DNA of 40,546 bases from the NCBI GenBank assembly GCA_026025075.1, contig JAPEUI010000133.1, positions 1 to 40,546 on the forward strand, given 5' to 3'. Made by a program: the position numbers and the translations under genes. The notes below the pieces were generated by a model. That model was not told the origin of the DNA and ran no database searches. It saw only the letters and a list, made by a program, of their open reading frames with translations. The first letter of the stretch is position 1. Each line of letters opens with the position of its first letter. The DNA comes from Vezdaea acicularis (taxonomy: Eukaryota). This document shows positions 12,072 through 26,090 of the stretch, piece after piece.

Positions 12072-12850
12072 ATGGAGGAAGGTGAGAGATGTATTCTGCC
12101 AGGAGGGGTCATCCCAGCGGAGATGCTTTCAATACCATCAAATACCTCCCATGTGCTGAAGCTTGGGCCTGGACTGCGGCACGTCCCTCCTTCAGCGATT
12201 ATTTCTACGACAGCAGGCGAACTATGTATCGACCAGAAAAAGAACACGGTTTGGGTTGAAAATTGTAATGGTAGAGTATGCTAACCTCTCCTGATCTGCT
12301 AGCTAAAGCCCATGTTCTATAGTACATACCCACAATTGGGGACCTTGTCATAGCCCAACTACACCATAGCTCGCCCGAAGTCTACTTCTGTGCGATTACG
12401 TCGTATACTGCGTTTGCTTCTCTTCCACACCTTGCCTTTGCTTCTGCAACCAAGAAGACGAGACCGCAGTTAGGTGCCGGATCAATTGTATACGCTCGAA
12501 TCTCTCTAGCCAACAAACATTTCGATCCTGAGTTAGAATGCGTAAATCCAAACACTAACAAAGCTGATGGCCTTGGCGAATTGAAGGGAGGAATGATTTT
12601 CGACATCAGCCTCGTAATGGCAAGAAGGCTCATGATGCCGGGAGGGAAAGGAGCCGTCTGTATTTTGGAAGAGTTTGCGCAGAAGACTCCATTTGAGGTT
12701 GCGGTGGGGAGAAATGGGAAGCTCTGGATCGAGAGCAAGGCTATCAAAACGACCTTAGTCATAGGCAATGCCATCGTCGAGACGGATAGAGAAGCTTTGG
12801 ACCTCAATAGCCAAAGGACACTTGTTAGGAAGCTGCTGAAGGCAATATAA
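12072..12850 (+). CDS. RRP40: Exosome complex component Rrp40; intron 12276-12322
   Basis: LKLGPGLRH, R|YIPTIGDLVI, AFASATKKTRPQL..GSIVYAR, PELEC, GLGELKGGM and FEVAVGRNGKLW motifs. Confidence 0.92.
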
Positions 12851-12994
12851 GCTCTCGATAATGTCATTAAAACCTGACCTGTAAAGCAGATGGAGCCGCT
12901 TTCCGGATTGCCCAGTATGTAGTGCCCTCTGAGGTGAACGCTCGCCTGTTGTAACAGCTTGAAAGACCTCTATCGACTCTGTAGACTCTTGAAG

Positions 12995-13596
12995 CTACCT
13001 TAAGCTGACTCCAACCTCAAGGATGCTCGTCTTCCGTACTTGCGTCTCCGGTAATTCTTCGAGCTCCATATTGTTTGTTGCAGAACCAGCTCTGCCTTGG
13101 GTGGCCTCTCTGATAGATATGTCGTCCACTACTGCAAGACTCCCCGTCCTTATTCTAACTTGAAGATCAGGCTGTCCCTGAAAATATAGAGCGAAGTTGA
13201 GGAGCTTTTCGATTGCCCGCCCTGTAGCCTTCATTATTATCTCTTCATTCCTTCCAACTTGGCGTTTCAATTTCGCTAATTTGGCTCCATCATTTTCAAG
13301 TCCTAGGAGACTTACGTCCTTAGTCGAACGTTTGTCGATATTAGAAAGCAGTTTACGTATACGTTTAACGGAAGGAACAAATGCTGTATTTGAGGAAATA
13401 TAGATCACTTTCTGTTGGGTTGAAAGGGGCGACGGAATGGCTGGATGAAGTAATGGACGTTTCTCGATTCGAGCATCTTGGCTTGTCTTAGCCTATGTGT
13501 CATAAGTAAGAAGGATTGCTTACTCTTTGGAAGTCTAAGAAGCTTAGCCTCTTTACCCGGATTATTCTCATTTTTAAGCTTCTGCGGATCTTCCAT
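12995..13596 (-). CDS. POP7: RNase P/MRP subunit Pop7/Rpp20 (Alba-like); intron 13477-13523
   Basis: Spliced product reads LPK|NARIEKRPLLHP...IYISSNTAFVPSVKRIRKLL...KATGRAIEK...TGSLAVVDD...R.TS.LEV. Confidence 0.8.
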
Positions 13597-13716
13597 GACT
13601 AACGTGCAATGGAGAAATGTATATGACGCTAACTTAGAGGTATGTGGGCACGAGGGACGAGCCGAGGCGGACGCGTGATCTCTTTTTCCATCATCAATCC
13701 TACTGCACTAACGTCA

Positions 13717-14418
13717 ATGCGCCTCCTTCATGTTCACATTCCTGGAATAGTGCCATACGCCCGTGGCACAAGTATTCAGGATAAGTTAGTACATCGGTTT
13801 CTCGACTACAAAAAAGCAACTTCTTTCGATCAAGCTCCTCCCACCCCAACCGTCTTGACGTGCAGCTTCACGCCAACCTATACATGCGGCCGACGAGAAG
13901 TCGGATGCATCTCACCTGCACAACAGGAATATCTACGCACTGATGGCAGAGCAGAATTCATAGAAGCTCTAAGAGGTGGGCAGACAACCTTTCACGGACC
14001 GGGACAGCTCGTAGCATATCTGATATCAGATCTACGACGTCACAGTGTTTCCCCTCGACAATATGTTCGACTATTAGAATCGTCCGTCATAAGTACATGT
14101 GCACATTACGGCATTGCTTCTCAGACGACAGATAACCCTGGAGTGTGGACATCACCTACCAAGAAGATCGCTGCTGTGGGCGTTCACCTTCAACGTAACA
14201 TCACGAGCCATGGCATTGCTTTGAATGTCTCTACGGATCTGTGGTGGTTTGATCGAATAGTAGCTTGTGGGTTGGAAGGCAAGGAGACCACAAGCTTTGA
14301 GAGGGAGGGAGTCAAGGGGAGGCCAGTTGAAGAAGTCGCAGATTCTTTTGTAGGAAAACTTGCAGAAAATTTAGGAGGTATCGAGGGCATTGATCGGGTT
14401 AATGAGAATACTATCTAA
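13717..14418 (+). CDS. LIP2: Octanoyltransferase (lipoate-protein ligase B, LipB)
   Basis: PTYTCGRR, RGGQTTFHGPGQLVAY, PGVW, KIAAVGVHL..NITSHGIALN and FDRIVACGL motifs. Confidence 0.93.
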   Translation: MRLLHVHIPGIVPYARGTSIQDKLVHRFLDYKKATSFDQAPPTPTVLTCSFTPTYTCGRREVGCISPAQQEYLRTDGRAEFIEALRGGQTTFHGPGQLVAYLISDLRRHSVSPRQYVRLLESSVISTCAHYGIASQTTDNPGVWTSPTKKIAAVGVHLQRNITSHGIALNVSTDLWWFDRIVACGLEGKETTSFEREGVKGRPVEEVADSFVGKLAENLGGIEGIDRVNENTI

Positions 14419-14740
14419 GTTAGCCCCTCTGGCCTTGCCGGCGGCCAGCGAAGGCTGTCTATCAACCTTGACTCTGTCCCAATTTCAAAGTAATCTCCGA
14501 TAAAAAGCTGCTAAAAGCATTGGTGTATTTCGAAAACAATATTCGATTCTGGGTCTAGTTTCATAGCTTGTAGTTTGCGGTTCATGCACACGTGATTCAT
14601 AAGGCTTAGGCCGCGTGTGTTTTTTACCGAAGCTATTCGCGGTTTGTTAGAACATTGGGCATTCTAAATCCTCAATTTACACGATCACGCCAGTCTGAGA
14701 ATCGTTCTATTCGCGTACTCCAATATTAAACCCTTTGAAA

Positions 14741-16449
14741 ATGTCAGAAATTCCGGTCTTAAGGCCTGATAGAGATTACACTAAAGAGGTGGACCAACTT
14801 CTCCCCAATGCTGAGGCGCTCGCGACGGTACCGACGAAACTGTCAATAGCTTTGGTTTCACTACTAATGCTGAATAATGTAGAAAAATCTGCAAGGGGCG
14901 ATTGAGAAGCTTTTGACATTGGAAAAGCAAACTAGACAAGTGAGCAATTTGCCCAACATGAAAGCTTGTCATCTGACACTGGTTCAGGCTTCAGACTTAG
15001 CATCGACTTCGCGGGTGATTGTTTCTATAATAACGCTCTGTAAAGAGGCAGAGGACTGGAGTTTATTGAATGAACAAATATTGCTGCTCTCGAAGAAACA
15101 CGGGCAGCTTAAGCAAGCGACGACTAAAATGGTGCAAGTTGCAATGGGCTTTCTGGACGATATCAGCAGTCTAGATGCAAAGCTCTCCATCATAGAGACG
15201 CTAAGAACTGTGACCGAGGGCAAGGTCGGTTACTCTTCAGCTTGCATTAGTAGCTGAATAGAGGTTGCTGATGAGGTCTTTAGATCTTCGTAGAAGTAGA
15301 GCGAGCTCGAGTCACACGAATCCTCTCGGACATCAAAAAGTCTGAGGGCAACCTCAAGGGTGCAGCAGATGTTCTCACTGAGTTGCAGGTGGAAACGTTC
15401 GGTTCCATGGAACGAAGAGAAAAGACCGAATTCATCCTGGAGCAAGTAGCACTCTGTATTGAGATTGAGGACTGGACGCAGGCTGCTATACTCAGCCGCA
15501 AGATTAGCACAAAATACTTCGCACGAAAAGCAAAAAGGACACCCGAGCTGCTAGAAAGAGAACAAAAGGAACGAGAAGCGAAGGCAAAGAAAGATGGGAG
15601 CGAAATTCCTGAAGCACCAAAGGAAGACGACGTAACAGATCTAAAGCTTAGGTACTACGAACAGCAGGTGCGTCTGGCTAAGCACGAGAACAAGTACCTT
15701 GAGGCCTGCAAGCACTACCGCCAAGTTCTTGACACAGAGAAAGTTGAAGAATCCCCAGAACTTCTGAGATTAGTACGACGATATCAATTCCATTGTTTAT
15801 AAACATGATACTAACAGAGCTATAGACTCTCCAACGCGTGATATACTTTATAATACTCTCGCCTTATGACAATGAACAGTCGGATCTTTTGCAACGTATA
15901 TACAAGGACCCTCGAAACGCCCAGATCATCCCTCTCGACTACCAACTTCTAAAACTCTTCACCGTGCATGAATTAATGCAATGGCCAAAAGTTTCCAAAA
16001 AGTTTGAGCACCACCTATGCCTTAGTACTGATATCTTTTCTTCCACAACTCCTCTGCCCGGTGCCAAGGCAACTTCGACTGACGACCAGAAACAAAACAC
16101 CAGATGGGAGGATCTCCGTAAGCGAGTGATAGAACATAATGTACGGGTTATTGCGAAATACTATACTCGGATTGAAATGCACCGGCTCACACAGTTACTC
16201 TATCTGGATGAGGAGGAGACAGAAAAGTATATTTCGCAGCTTGTAACGGCTAAGACAGTTTATGCAAAGATCGATCGACCAGCGAAGCTCGTCAGCTTTG
16301 CGAAGCCCAGAGACGCCGATGATGTTCTGAACGAATGGAGTGGGAATATGAAGAGTCTCTTAGGGCTATTAGAGCGAATCGATCACTTGATCACAAAGGA
16401 GGAAATGATGGCAAGGATCCAACCAACAAAAGTGGGAAAGGTGCACTAG
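14741..16449 (+). CDS. RPN5: 26S proteasome lid subunit Rpn5 (multi-exon)
   Basis: LEKQTRQ, LSKKHGQLKQA, VTEGK|IFVEVERAR and LQVETFGSM motifs; PCI domain LRKRVIEHNVRV...AKIDRP. Confidence 0.95.
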
Positions 16450-16816
16450 AGACTAATGAGAAAGAGGGAAACTTTAAGTGATATCACAGAGTAATTGTAC
16501 TATAAATGGAGTGAGATGAAAAGGGATTCATGATTCGTGTTTCTTGAACAGGATATGCACTGATTCATCATTACGAAAGTGCTAGGAACTACGCCTGCAT
16601 GACTGATTAATCTCCCTTTCTCATATTACCCAAAAAAACAGCGCACCCCAAAAGCTCCACTTGTTCAATGGCTCAAGTTGCTGGAAGGTATCATCGTGAT
16701 GAGAGTGCTTCCCGGAGACTCTATGCTACCGTCTAACGCCTACTACGAATGCGAGCCCACTATCACTTCTATTACACAAAGTCCATCACGAAAATGAGGG
16801 ATATCACACAGTCCCT

Positions 16817-19800
16817 TCACCAGCTCAAATCCTTTGCCGTTATCTGCTCTAACAAAGTGATTACTGGTTTAATGATACCGCTCACATTTCTGAAGGAAGC
16901 AGAGTGACGAGCTCGGGAGTAGAAGACGGGACAGTCCATGTTATCGCATCTAACCTCTTCGGCCCACGATAAGCTGGCGCAGGATCGACATACAGCATCT
17001 AATTGGACCACGTTGTGCTCTGCTCTCATATGACGTTTTCGTAGCGCAAGAAGGGCCGTGTTCGGTGACTCTAAGCAGTCAGGACAGATTGGCACACCAG
17101 AATCTAGCTTAGATCTGCAGACAAGACAAAGAGAAGACTTCATATATGATTCGAGGGTTTTTTTCACACCGCTGAAGGTTTTGTTCTGCAATGATTCCGC
17201 AGTTGGTTCCACAATTGAGACATTTCTAATTCGCTGTGTCTTAGGCATTTCGTCATACCATGCTCGGACGTTAGCTCCTACGAGATTGAAGATTCGTTCA
17301 AGAGGCGGGACAAGATTTTTTGAAATATAATATTCGGCGTCAAGGTCTGTTTGGCTGATGGGGGAAGTAATCAGTAGGGTGTTAGATGGATTGAGTATCT
17401 AGGGGAAAAACTCACTCATCATGTATTAGTACCTCCGGCGCAACGCACCGATCAATCAGTCGTGCACCAGGAGCGCCGGTGATCACGACATAGGGCACTC
17501 GCTCTCCATACTGAGGCTCAGCACGAGGGTCTTTGAGCATCCGTCTTGTACTAACAAGCGCACCCGGTGGTGGAGGACCTTTATCGCTGTAAGACCCCAG
17601 CCTGACCTCCTTAGCGAAGCAGAAATCTTGTATTGAGACCTGGCCCTTCATAATCTTCGTGCACTGATCCTGAAAGTACGATTTGACTTGACTTAGATCC
17701 GCCGTGCGGAAGAGAATTTTCAATGCTCTTTCTTCCACTTTCTGCTCCACCGGCGTCCCATCTCGACGCACTGTTTCAATGCCTTTCGCATCAAACTCCG
17801 GCTCCTTCTGATCCTTAGTCTCGTACTTGTAACCGACGTAGCGCTTTTTCGCCAACAACACACACGGGAAATAAACCTTCTCAAACTTCAATTTTACTGG
17901 CCGGGGGTTCGACTTAGTGATTGTCTGAGCAATATCGTTGCCTATATCGAAAGCTTCGTCCTTACTACGCCCCTTCAGGTGAACGAAAAGACTGTCGGTA
18001 TCGCCATAGACGACCTCGGCACCCCATCGTTCCACGGAATGAATCAATGCAATAGCTCTTTCTAAGGTCTCTCGGCCTGTTTGAACAATGCTGTCGGCGA
18101 TTTCAGAACAAGGCATTCGACCTGAGAACGATGCAGACGTATAGCCGTAGGTTACGTTTGCAATAAGCTTCAACGCTAATTGCCTATTGTTCAGGAGCCT
18201 TTGGAGAGTCTTATCGTCCTTATCGACATTCATTCCACTCTTCACCATTACGCGGGTTTCCAATATCTCGCCCAGCATTTTCGCCAGGAGAGATTTCCGA
18301 ATGTTGGGAGCCGCATACATGATACCATTTGGAGCGATATTGATGTGGCCCTCTAACAGTTCAAGAAGCCGTTCCTTGCGTTTGTACTCGGTAAATCCCA
18401 TTTTATTCTGACCTCTCCAATCAATCACTCGACCCAAAAAAGTTGAATAGCAATAGTTGTACGCTATCATAACGCTCGGGTACAGGGACTGGAAGTCTAA
18501 GACCAGTACCGGGCTGGAATAGAAATCACTTTGTGGTTCCATAACGAGCGGCAAACACTCTAAAGCATTTTGCTGTCCAACTTGCTTCCTACTAGGGGAA
18601 ACGAGCAAAAAGTTCTCAGGCTTTGCTATTCTGAACATCAAGGATTCGACCTTGAATTGGGACCCTCTGGAGAAAACAGAGAAAAAGTCGACTCCCAGTA
18701 GGCGTGCTTGCTCACTGGTCCTAGGGATAAGCTCATTTTGCTCCAAGATTTCGAGATCGATCTGACACCGAGAAATATAATAGTCGAGAACCTTGGCGAG
18801 GTCGTGGGGCCTGTTACTCTTATACCACGCAGTCAAGTCACTCCAGCTGTAGTGTGGAACTCGCCGATGCAGAACGTGAAATGTGACGTTCTCTAGGGTA
18901 TACTGGAGTAGGTTCAGCTCGCTACGCATCGCCCTCCATATGTTGATCATGTGTCTTCCAGTCACGCGGATTGTAGATGTGTGATCAAAACCCCATCTAT
19001 CGTTCTCTTTCCCAAATCTCCCATGCGAATGGGTTTTCATTCTCGAGAATTCATTACAAAGGTTGAAGTCACACATGAATCTAGCTCTTTCAATTAGGTA
19101 TCCCCATGACCCATTATGGACTTCATAGCCAGTCAAAATATCAGGATCATAGAAGCGTACGAGATCAACCATCTTATTGAGAAGATTAAGCTCGCTAGAC
19201 TCTTCCTCAACTTCAACATGTAGATGGCGGGAAATCTTGTTGGCAAGACCTTCGGCTTCCGAAAGTACGAGTACACCGACCCGGAATCCTTCACAAATCT
19301 CGTCATCATCGGACTTCAGGCACCAAAAAATGCATGCAATCTCGTCTTTTTCTGGATTCGGGAGCATATTCCCTTCCGTATTCACATGAACCTCGAGGCT
19401 CATTGTACTCATATACTGAGTCCCATGCCTTACACTTGTTTCTTTCTGCTTCTGCGTGTATTTGAAGCCATGTCTATCCTTTTGCGTTGGGCCTTCTACT
19501 TGTAAGAGTTTATGCTCGTTGGCGACACCATCCTTCCAATCGTTGCTATTGGCAAGCTGCGCTTTTTCCACGTACCAACGTTCTACTTCCCTCCTTAGGG
19601 GGGGAGTAGTACTAATTTCCCAGTTGCGTAGTCCACAGGAGTTCCTTCTGAATATAAAGTCCATTTCCGCTTTGGATTTGTCATAAGTTGTTGAGCTTTG
19701 GATGCCCTTTGTTGCTGCTGAATTACCTTTAGGATCAAATGCAGGTAAAAATGGAGTTGTGTCGCTCTTTAGGAGAAACTCACGACCAGCATAGTCTCTC

Positions 19801-22075
19801 GCTCTTTCAGGTACATCTTTCTCGTCACTATAGTAGGCGTCGCGATGGATAACTGGCATTAGGTCACTTTCGGTCATGGACGACGAAACAATTGCTGTAG
19901 ACGGCGGCGGCTCTGATATCAGAAATGCGGATTGGCTGCACAAATAGAACGGGGAGGCGCCAAATTCAGTAGCAAGAGCTATGACTTGTGTCGAGTTAAG
20001 TCTCTCTTCGCTTTCTAAACCGTTCAAACGGTCATCGACCGAGCGGCAGCGTTTTCTCTGGTGTAAGGAGCCCTCGAAAGGCGCAAGCTTTGACTGGTGT
20101 TGTATTTCTGTCTTCCATGAGGAGCTCTGTCGACTGGCCCTCGAAGATGCTTCTGAGCCGTGAGGGTCTTTGACAATTGGGAATGATAATGTCTTGTTTC
20201 CAGTGGTCGAATTACTCTTGAGGGATTCTTGTGAGGACTTAGGCGAAGACTTGAGGGGGGTAGGAATGGCTTTAGAGCACCCACGTAAGGTGGTGTTGCT
20301 AAACGGCTGGTAATCTTTTGTAAGATGAAACTCGGCCAACTTGAGCTTTCTCGAGCTTTTATTGGCTTGCGTTGTTTTCGCACTCGAAAGCATTCCAGAC
20401 TCGGCAGAGCTCATCGGTCCGTCATGTCTTAGCTTTCTTCTTTTCATGTTCCCCGTATCTTGAGCCGTGTCACCCTCAGCACCGTGGGAGGATTTCCTAT
20501 TTTTGGAGATCTCGCTGGTATATTCCAAGGGAATTTCAAACTTGTCTTCTCCTTCGTGGCTCATGAATGTCAGGCTGTGAATTCCTAGCTTCTCCAGATC
20601 CCCAGAGCTTATGGGCTTGCCTCTCATATCACTACTGCTGTTTGAATCTTCAGGCAGCTTTATCTGCTCAAGTTCCACGTTTGTATCGTTCTTGATCTCT
20701 ATATCTCGGGGTCTAGCGTCATGCGGATGACTGAGATCGCTTCTTTGTTGTTGCATCTCAAGCTCTGACGCTTGGCTTTCTTCAGAATCTAAAGCATACT
20801 CATCCTTTCCGATGTCCAAAATTCGTGACTCATCTACTTCAACTTCAACGTCCACGACATTGGAAGCTGTACGATCATGTCTTGCCAGTAGATATGAACT
20901 TCTTAAGTTCGCTGAGAAGAGGTCCTGGACACTCTCCAAAGCTGTATTTACTTTGTTTTCGAAGGGCCGAGTTTCAACAAAGCTTTCAAGATTGACTCGA
21001 GAGCTTTCGCTTCGCATGCTTTCCTCTATAATGATCTGACGGACCTTGTCCAAATACTCTGCTTCGTGTACCCATCCGCATCTTTGAGAGCTCTTTGGCT
21101 CAGCAGATACTGAGATGAGAACCTCAGGAGGGAACGGGCTCCTATCAGTTGACACACTAGGCATCAAGTTCCTTCTCCTTATTGTCTCATCTCTCCAAAG
21201 GCCTGCCATGCTATGGACAAGCTTTTCGTCATGTGGTGATGGATCCAAACTCTCGATGAAGTTGTGATGCAGATGTCGGGCCTTGATTTCTCTCCTATTG
21301 ATTATGTCCTCAACACAGACATCAACCTCGAGGGAGCAATGACTCTGCTTTGGAAATTCATCCTCGTCAGAGACGATCTCTTTCGGTATGGAGTTGCTAT
21401 TCCAGCGATTGGCTGAGTCATCCGTATTTTCGTACTCTGGTACGGGGCCTCGAAATCTAACCTTGGAACAATTGATATAATCACAGCCATTCAAGTTAAA
21501 GTCACACATCCATTGAAGGAGGTATTGTAGATGGCTTTCGTAAGGCTGGAAAGGTCTCTTCAAGATGGATCCTTGTCGTAGCAAGTCGGCAAGCCGCGTC
21601 ATGTTTATTGGGTTGAGCATGTAGACCTTCAAGAAGAATTTGTACCCGACATGAAAGCCATAGAATGGGATGGCCTTTACAAGAGTAATGTGCGCAACAA
21701 AACTGGTTTTCCCATATGTATTACGACGATAGCTAACGGCAAGCGCATGGTCAACTGAAAGGTGAAGGCGCCGAATATAAGCCTCGGCTGAGCGCAATCA
21801 GTAAAGATGATAGCAAAGGCTTGATCTACAGTGATCTTACCTTCTTTTGTCACCAACGGTCCATCGTAATCAATGTAGAGGTATGGCAATGCACCATGAA
21901 TATGCGCGCAGACCTTTTGCCCTGTCTCAGTCGCACCGAAGACCCGTATGACCGGCACCTTAGGTAGCTCGTCCTCTTCCCCCGTTTTCACTACATGCTG
22001 GAATTGGGGATCGAACATTGTGGGCGTGGCTTGATAATGATCAACACAATTCAAGCGGATCCGGAAGACGTCCAT
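16817..22075 (-). CDS. REV3: DNA polymerase zeta catalytic subunit; introns ~21788-21840 and ~17355-17415
   Basis: B-family polymerase motifs LDFQSLYPS, KLIANVTYGY and YGDTDS; N-terminal VPVIRVFGAT..GQKVC; C-terminal CysA/CysB clusters. Confidence 0.97.
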
Positions 22076-22641
22076 AACAAGGATGCAAAAGGAGGAAGAT
22101 GAAAAAGAAAGTTCAGAGGCCGTGACGAAGCTGCCGCATGATAAGCCACAACAGCGAGCAGATCGTCGAGTACATTCACATCTCCATCATCGTAATCAGA
22201 AACTTCGGAACGAAGGGATTCTAGCCTAGCCTAAATGAGTAGAGTAAACACGCCGGCTCGGTGACGCGATCCCGTTACATGAACTCTAATTAAGCGAGGT
22301 TACACGAATCACATGATATTCGGCTAGTTCCGCAGGAATACTCGCTCACTTCTACTCAACCCAAAGGCAAGTGCATCTTGAGCTTCTCTCTCCACATTAA
22401 CGCTCGTGTCATGAACAAATCGTAAAACTTATTTTCGATACCTGGGTCACTTAATATAGTTTGCCTTTCGGTGACTTCACCACTTGGAACAAGGCTAGCA
22501 GGCTCCCTTCATCTGCTAAGGATACTACCATGGAACTTGGGAGAATATAGGACGTAGGATCACTTCAATTCTTATCTTAAATTGCGCATGAAATACTTAT
22601 CTTGAAACCACTAAACGAACTTCTTCTCTCCGATCCCTAAG

Positions 22642-24096
22642 ATGCCTCCGAAACCTCTAGATGTCTCCGCATCCAATAAGGAACGCAACGAGTATATTCC
22701 TTCATTCATCTCCAAGAAGCCTTTCTACGTCAATGATGATTCAACCGGAGCCGATTACCTTGAGCATCAACGTCTACAGCGCGAGGAAGAATCCACAATA
22801 AAATGGTACGATCGAGGCAAACGCCTGGGGCCTGCGGCTACCAAGTTCCGTAAAGGTGCATGTGAGAACTGTGGTGCCATGACGCATAGGACCAAAGAGT
22901 GCTTGAGCAGGCCCAGAAAGAACATGGCTAAATGGACAGGCAGAGACATACAGGCTGATGAAGTGTTACAAGATGTCTCGCTTGGGTGGGATGCTAAGAG
23001 AGACCGTTGGAATGGATATGATTCTCGGGAATACAAGCATATAATAGAGGAGTATGAGCAGCTAGAACAGATGAAGAGAAGATTGAAAACCGAAAAAGAT
23101 CAAAAGAGATTGGACGAAGGTGATGAAGATGGAGAAACCAAGTCAGAAGAGGAGGCAAAATACGCAGAAGAGTCTGATATGGGCCGGAATCAAAGCAAAT
23201 CTACTCGGAATCTCCGTATTCGAGAAGATACAGCTAGGTATCTAGTCAACTTAGATCTTGATTCTGCCAAATACGACCCAAAGACTCGTTCTATGGTCGA
23301 CAGTGGCGCCATCCTTGATGAAGCAGCTGCACTCGTTGCCGAAGACAACTTCATGCGGGCATCAGGTGAAGCAGCTGAGTTTGAGAAGGCCCAAAAATAC
23401 GCATGGGAATCACAAGAACGAGGCGATCGAAACAAGCAGCACATTCAGGCTAATCCTACCTCTGGAGAATATTTCCGCCGAAAGCAACAAGAGGAAATGG
23501 CACAAAAGAGGGAGGCCCATCGGAGATTGTTGCTCGAAAAGTATGGCGGGGAGCAGCACTTGCAACCTACGCCGCTAAAGGACACTGGAGTGATAGAAAA
23601 TGAAAGATTCGTTGAATATGATGAGTTGGGGGGGATCAGAGGTGCACAGAAGAAGACATCGAAGTCCAAATATAAAGAAGATGTCCTGAATGGAAATCAT
23701 ACGACTGTATGGGGTAGCTGGTGGCATAACTTCGAATGGGGATACCAATGCTGCCATTCGAGCGTCAAAAAAAGTTATTGTACAGGTGAAGAGGGTAAGA
23801 GGGCTTGGAAGGAGGCGCATCAGGTTAAGTCAGGCGTTATACTAGAAAATGATCTGAAAGTATCTGGATGGACAGAAGAGAAGAGGGAGCAATCATATCC
23901 AAAGAGCAATCTGAGTAGGGAAGACGGGTCAAAATGCGAGCCCGTTGAGGTTGAAAACAGCTCTAAAAAGAAGCGGCCCCTTGAAGAAATGACAGGTGGA
24001 ATAGACGAAACCGAAATGGAGGAGTACCGAAGAAAGCGTGCGATAGCTAATGATCCGATGGCCGCTTTCTTAGGGAAAGACGAGTTGGTGCGTTGA
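22642..24096 (+). CDS. SLU7: Pre-mRNA splicing factor Slu7
   Basis: Zinc knuckle [13 protein letters not shown]...[30 protein letters not shown] and [15 protein letters not shown] motifs. Confidence 0.96.
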   Translation: MPPKPLDVSASNKERNEYIPSFISKKPFYVNDDSTGADYLEHQRLQREEESTIKWYDRGKRLGPAATKFRKGACENCGAMTHRTKECLSRPRKNMAKWTGRDIQADEVLQDVSLGWDAKRDRWNGYDSREYKHIIEEYEQLEQMKRRLKTEKDQKRLDEGDEDGETKSEEEAKYAEESDMGRNQSKSTRNLRIREDTARYLVNLDLDSAKYDPKTRSMVDSGAILDEAAALVAEDNFMRASGEAAEFEKAQKYAWESQERGDRNKQHIQANPTSGEYFRRKQQEEMAQKREAHRRLLLEKYGGEQHLQPTPLKDTGVIENERFVEYDELGGIRGAQKKTSKSKYKEDVLNGNHTTVWGSWWHNFEWGYQCCHSSVKKSYCTGEEGKRAWKEAHQVKSGVILENDLKVSGWTEEKREQSYPKSNLSREDGSKCEPVEVENSSKKKRPLEEMTGGIDETEMEEYRRKRAIANDPMAAFLGKDELVR

Positions 24097-24324
24097 GATG
24101 AAACATGTGTGCATATTCCCGTGGTGTACCTTGCTGTCTTCATAGATCTAGACATTCGCGGAAGCTGAAGAGCTTCATATCACAATCAAAATGTGCATTT
24201 ACACATGCTTGTTCAAACAAATGCACCTCAATCGTTGGATGCTACATGTATGCCTCATTTGCTTAAAGGTTATTTGCCGTAGCTGTCTTGAGCATATAGC
24301 ATAGCTAATCCGTACGCGTACTTT

Positions 24325-25232
24325 TTATTCCTCGTCCTCGTCACCACCTTCGTCATCTTTCTTCTCAGCAGCCCTAGTCTTCTTTCTTCTAACACGACCC
24401 GGACGCCCGCCGCCAAATGGTGAGGTAAGAGCGAAGTCGATATGCTTCTGAGAGTCGAGGCGAACGACGAAAGAGGGAACATTGACAATCTGCTTTCCAA
24501 CGCTACGTATAACTAAAATAAGTCTCTATAAAAGTCTGTAAATCTTTTGAACCTACCGAATGTGTCTCTGCTTGATCAGGACTCGCGCATGATGAATGCT
24601 CTTTGCCAGCCCAAGCTTGTACACACAAGTCTGTAGACGACGCTCCAAGAAATCTTCAACCTTCAAGGCCAATACGTAATCAAGCTTCATACGAGACTCA
24701 TCAAGTACACCCACTCGGACGAGACGTCGAATGAGTGCATTGCCTTCGAAGAGACGCTTCGGATCTTTCTCATCAAGAGTGAGTAATTGACTACGTAAGG
24801 TCTTGATATTAGCACGAAACACTGAACCCTAGGTCAACCAATTAACGGTATAATGATATTTCTTACCGGGCAGCGCGGCGAATTTTGGAGAGAGTTAGTT
24901 GTACACGCCAAACTTCACGTTTGTTCCTCAAACCATATTCGCCGACGATCTTGAGTTCCGAGTCACTATTCGGAGAAGATAGAGGTCAGTCGACAACATC
25001 CTCGCGACATGGGCAGAGTACAAGCTCACGCCCAGTGGCCGGGAATACTGACAGGCGAGCAGACTCGAAGGCTGAATTAATGTCTGTCAGCTTGTACTTT
25101 GAGAGTGGTAAATTGGAATGTGTAACTCACGACGCCGAGGGACCTTGTAGGTCTTGGAGTATGATCGCCTATACGATTTAGCAACTCTTCAAGATCTCCA
25201 ACTTGACCGGTTGAAGGGGCTTACGGAGCCAT
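24325..25232 (-). CDS. RPS9: 40S ribosomal protein S9 (uS4), multi-exon with micro-exons
   Basis: [41 protein letters not shown]...[12 protein letters not shown]...ERRLQT...SIHHARVLI...HIDFALTSP. Confidence 0.96.
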
Positions 25233-25466
25233 GACTGTCCAGTGGATCTACGATGGCAATTACTGAGCTGAATGCTATGGAAGAAAGAGCCTGAAGAGAC
25301 AGAATTGTTCGCGAACATAAATATTCGCTTAGCATTGTGCGCACTGCGCAGCTTCGCTAAAGCCTAGGGTTCTGCACCCACAAATTTGAAAGCCCGCAAC
25401 CTCAAAAGCGAGGAGCGAGGGTACATCATACAGTCAATCACTGCGTGCTCACCAACAAGAGTTACG
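25233..25466. promoter_or_regulatory. Compact bidirectional promoter shared by RPS9 and RPL21
   Basis: Head-to-head start codons are 234 bp apart. Contains a tandem TGCGCA palindrome (25338-25350) and AGCCTAGGGTT (25361-25371). Confidence 0.7.
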
Positions 25467-26090
25467 ATGGGTCACTCTGCAGGTCTTCGTGCTGGCACTC
25501 GGGTCTGTAAATCAGTCATGGAAACCTTCATATAAAAAATGAAGATTGCCGAAAGAGGTCGATCGCTGACAAAATTTGTGGTTGTAGTACGCTTTCTCAA
25601 GGTCCTTCAAGAAAAAGGGTTATATTCCTCTTTCCACCTATCTACGGCAATACAAGTAAGCGGCCCATAACCTCAAGTACAACAGCAGTAAGGGTATTGA
25701 TCTTCTTCCAGAGTCGGTGACATCGTAGACATCAAAGCCAATGGTGCCGTACAAAAGGGCATGCCTCACAAAGTCTACCATGGCAAGACCGGCGTTATCT
25801 ACAACGTCTCGAAGTCCGCAGTCGGCGTGATAATCTACAAGCGGGTGGGGAATCGATATATCGAGAAACGGGTTAACCTACGAATCGAGCACATTGCACT
25901 ATCGCGCTCACGAGAAGAATTTGTTCGTCGGGTTAAAAGCAATGCTGAGAAGAAAAAGAAGGCTAAGAGTGATGGGAGTCATATTCACCTCAAGCGTCAA
26001 CCAGCTATGCCAAGAGAGGCGAGAACTGTAAAGACTGAAGGAAACATGCCAGAGACGATTACGCCAATTGCTTATGAGACGACTATCTAA
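25467..26090 (+). CDS. RPL21: 60S ribosomal protein L21 (eL21), 2 introns
   Basis: MGHSAGLRAGTR|YAFSR...VGDIVDIKANGAVQKGMPHKVYHGKTG...KRVNLRIEH. Confidence 0.96.
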
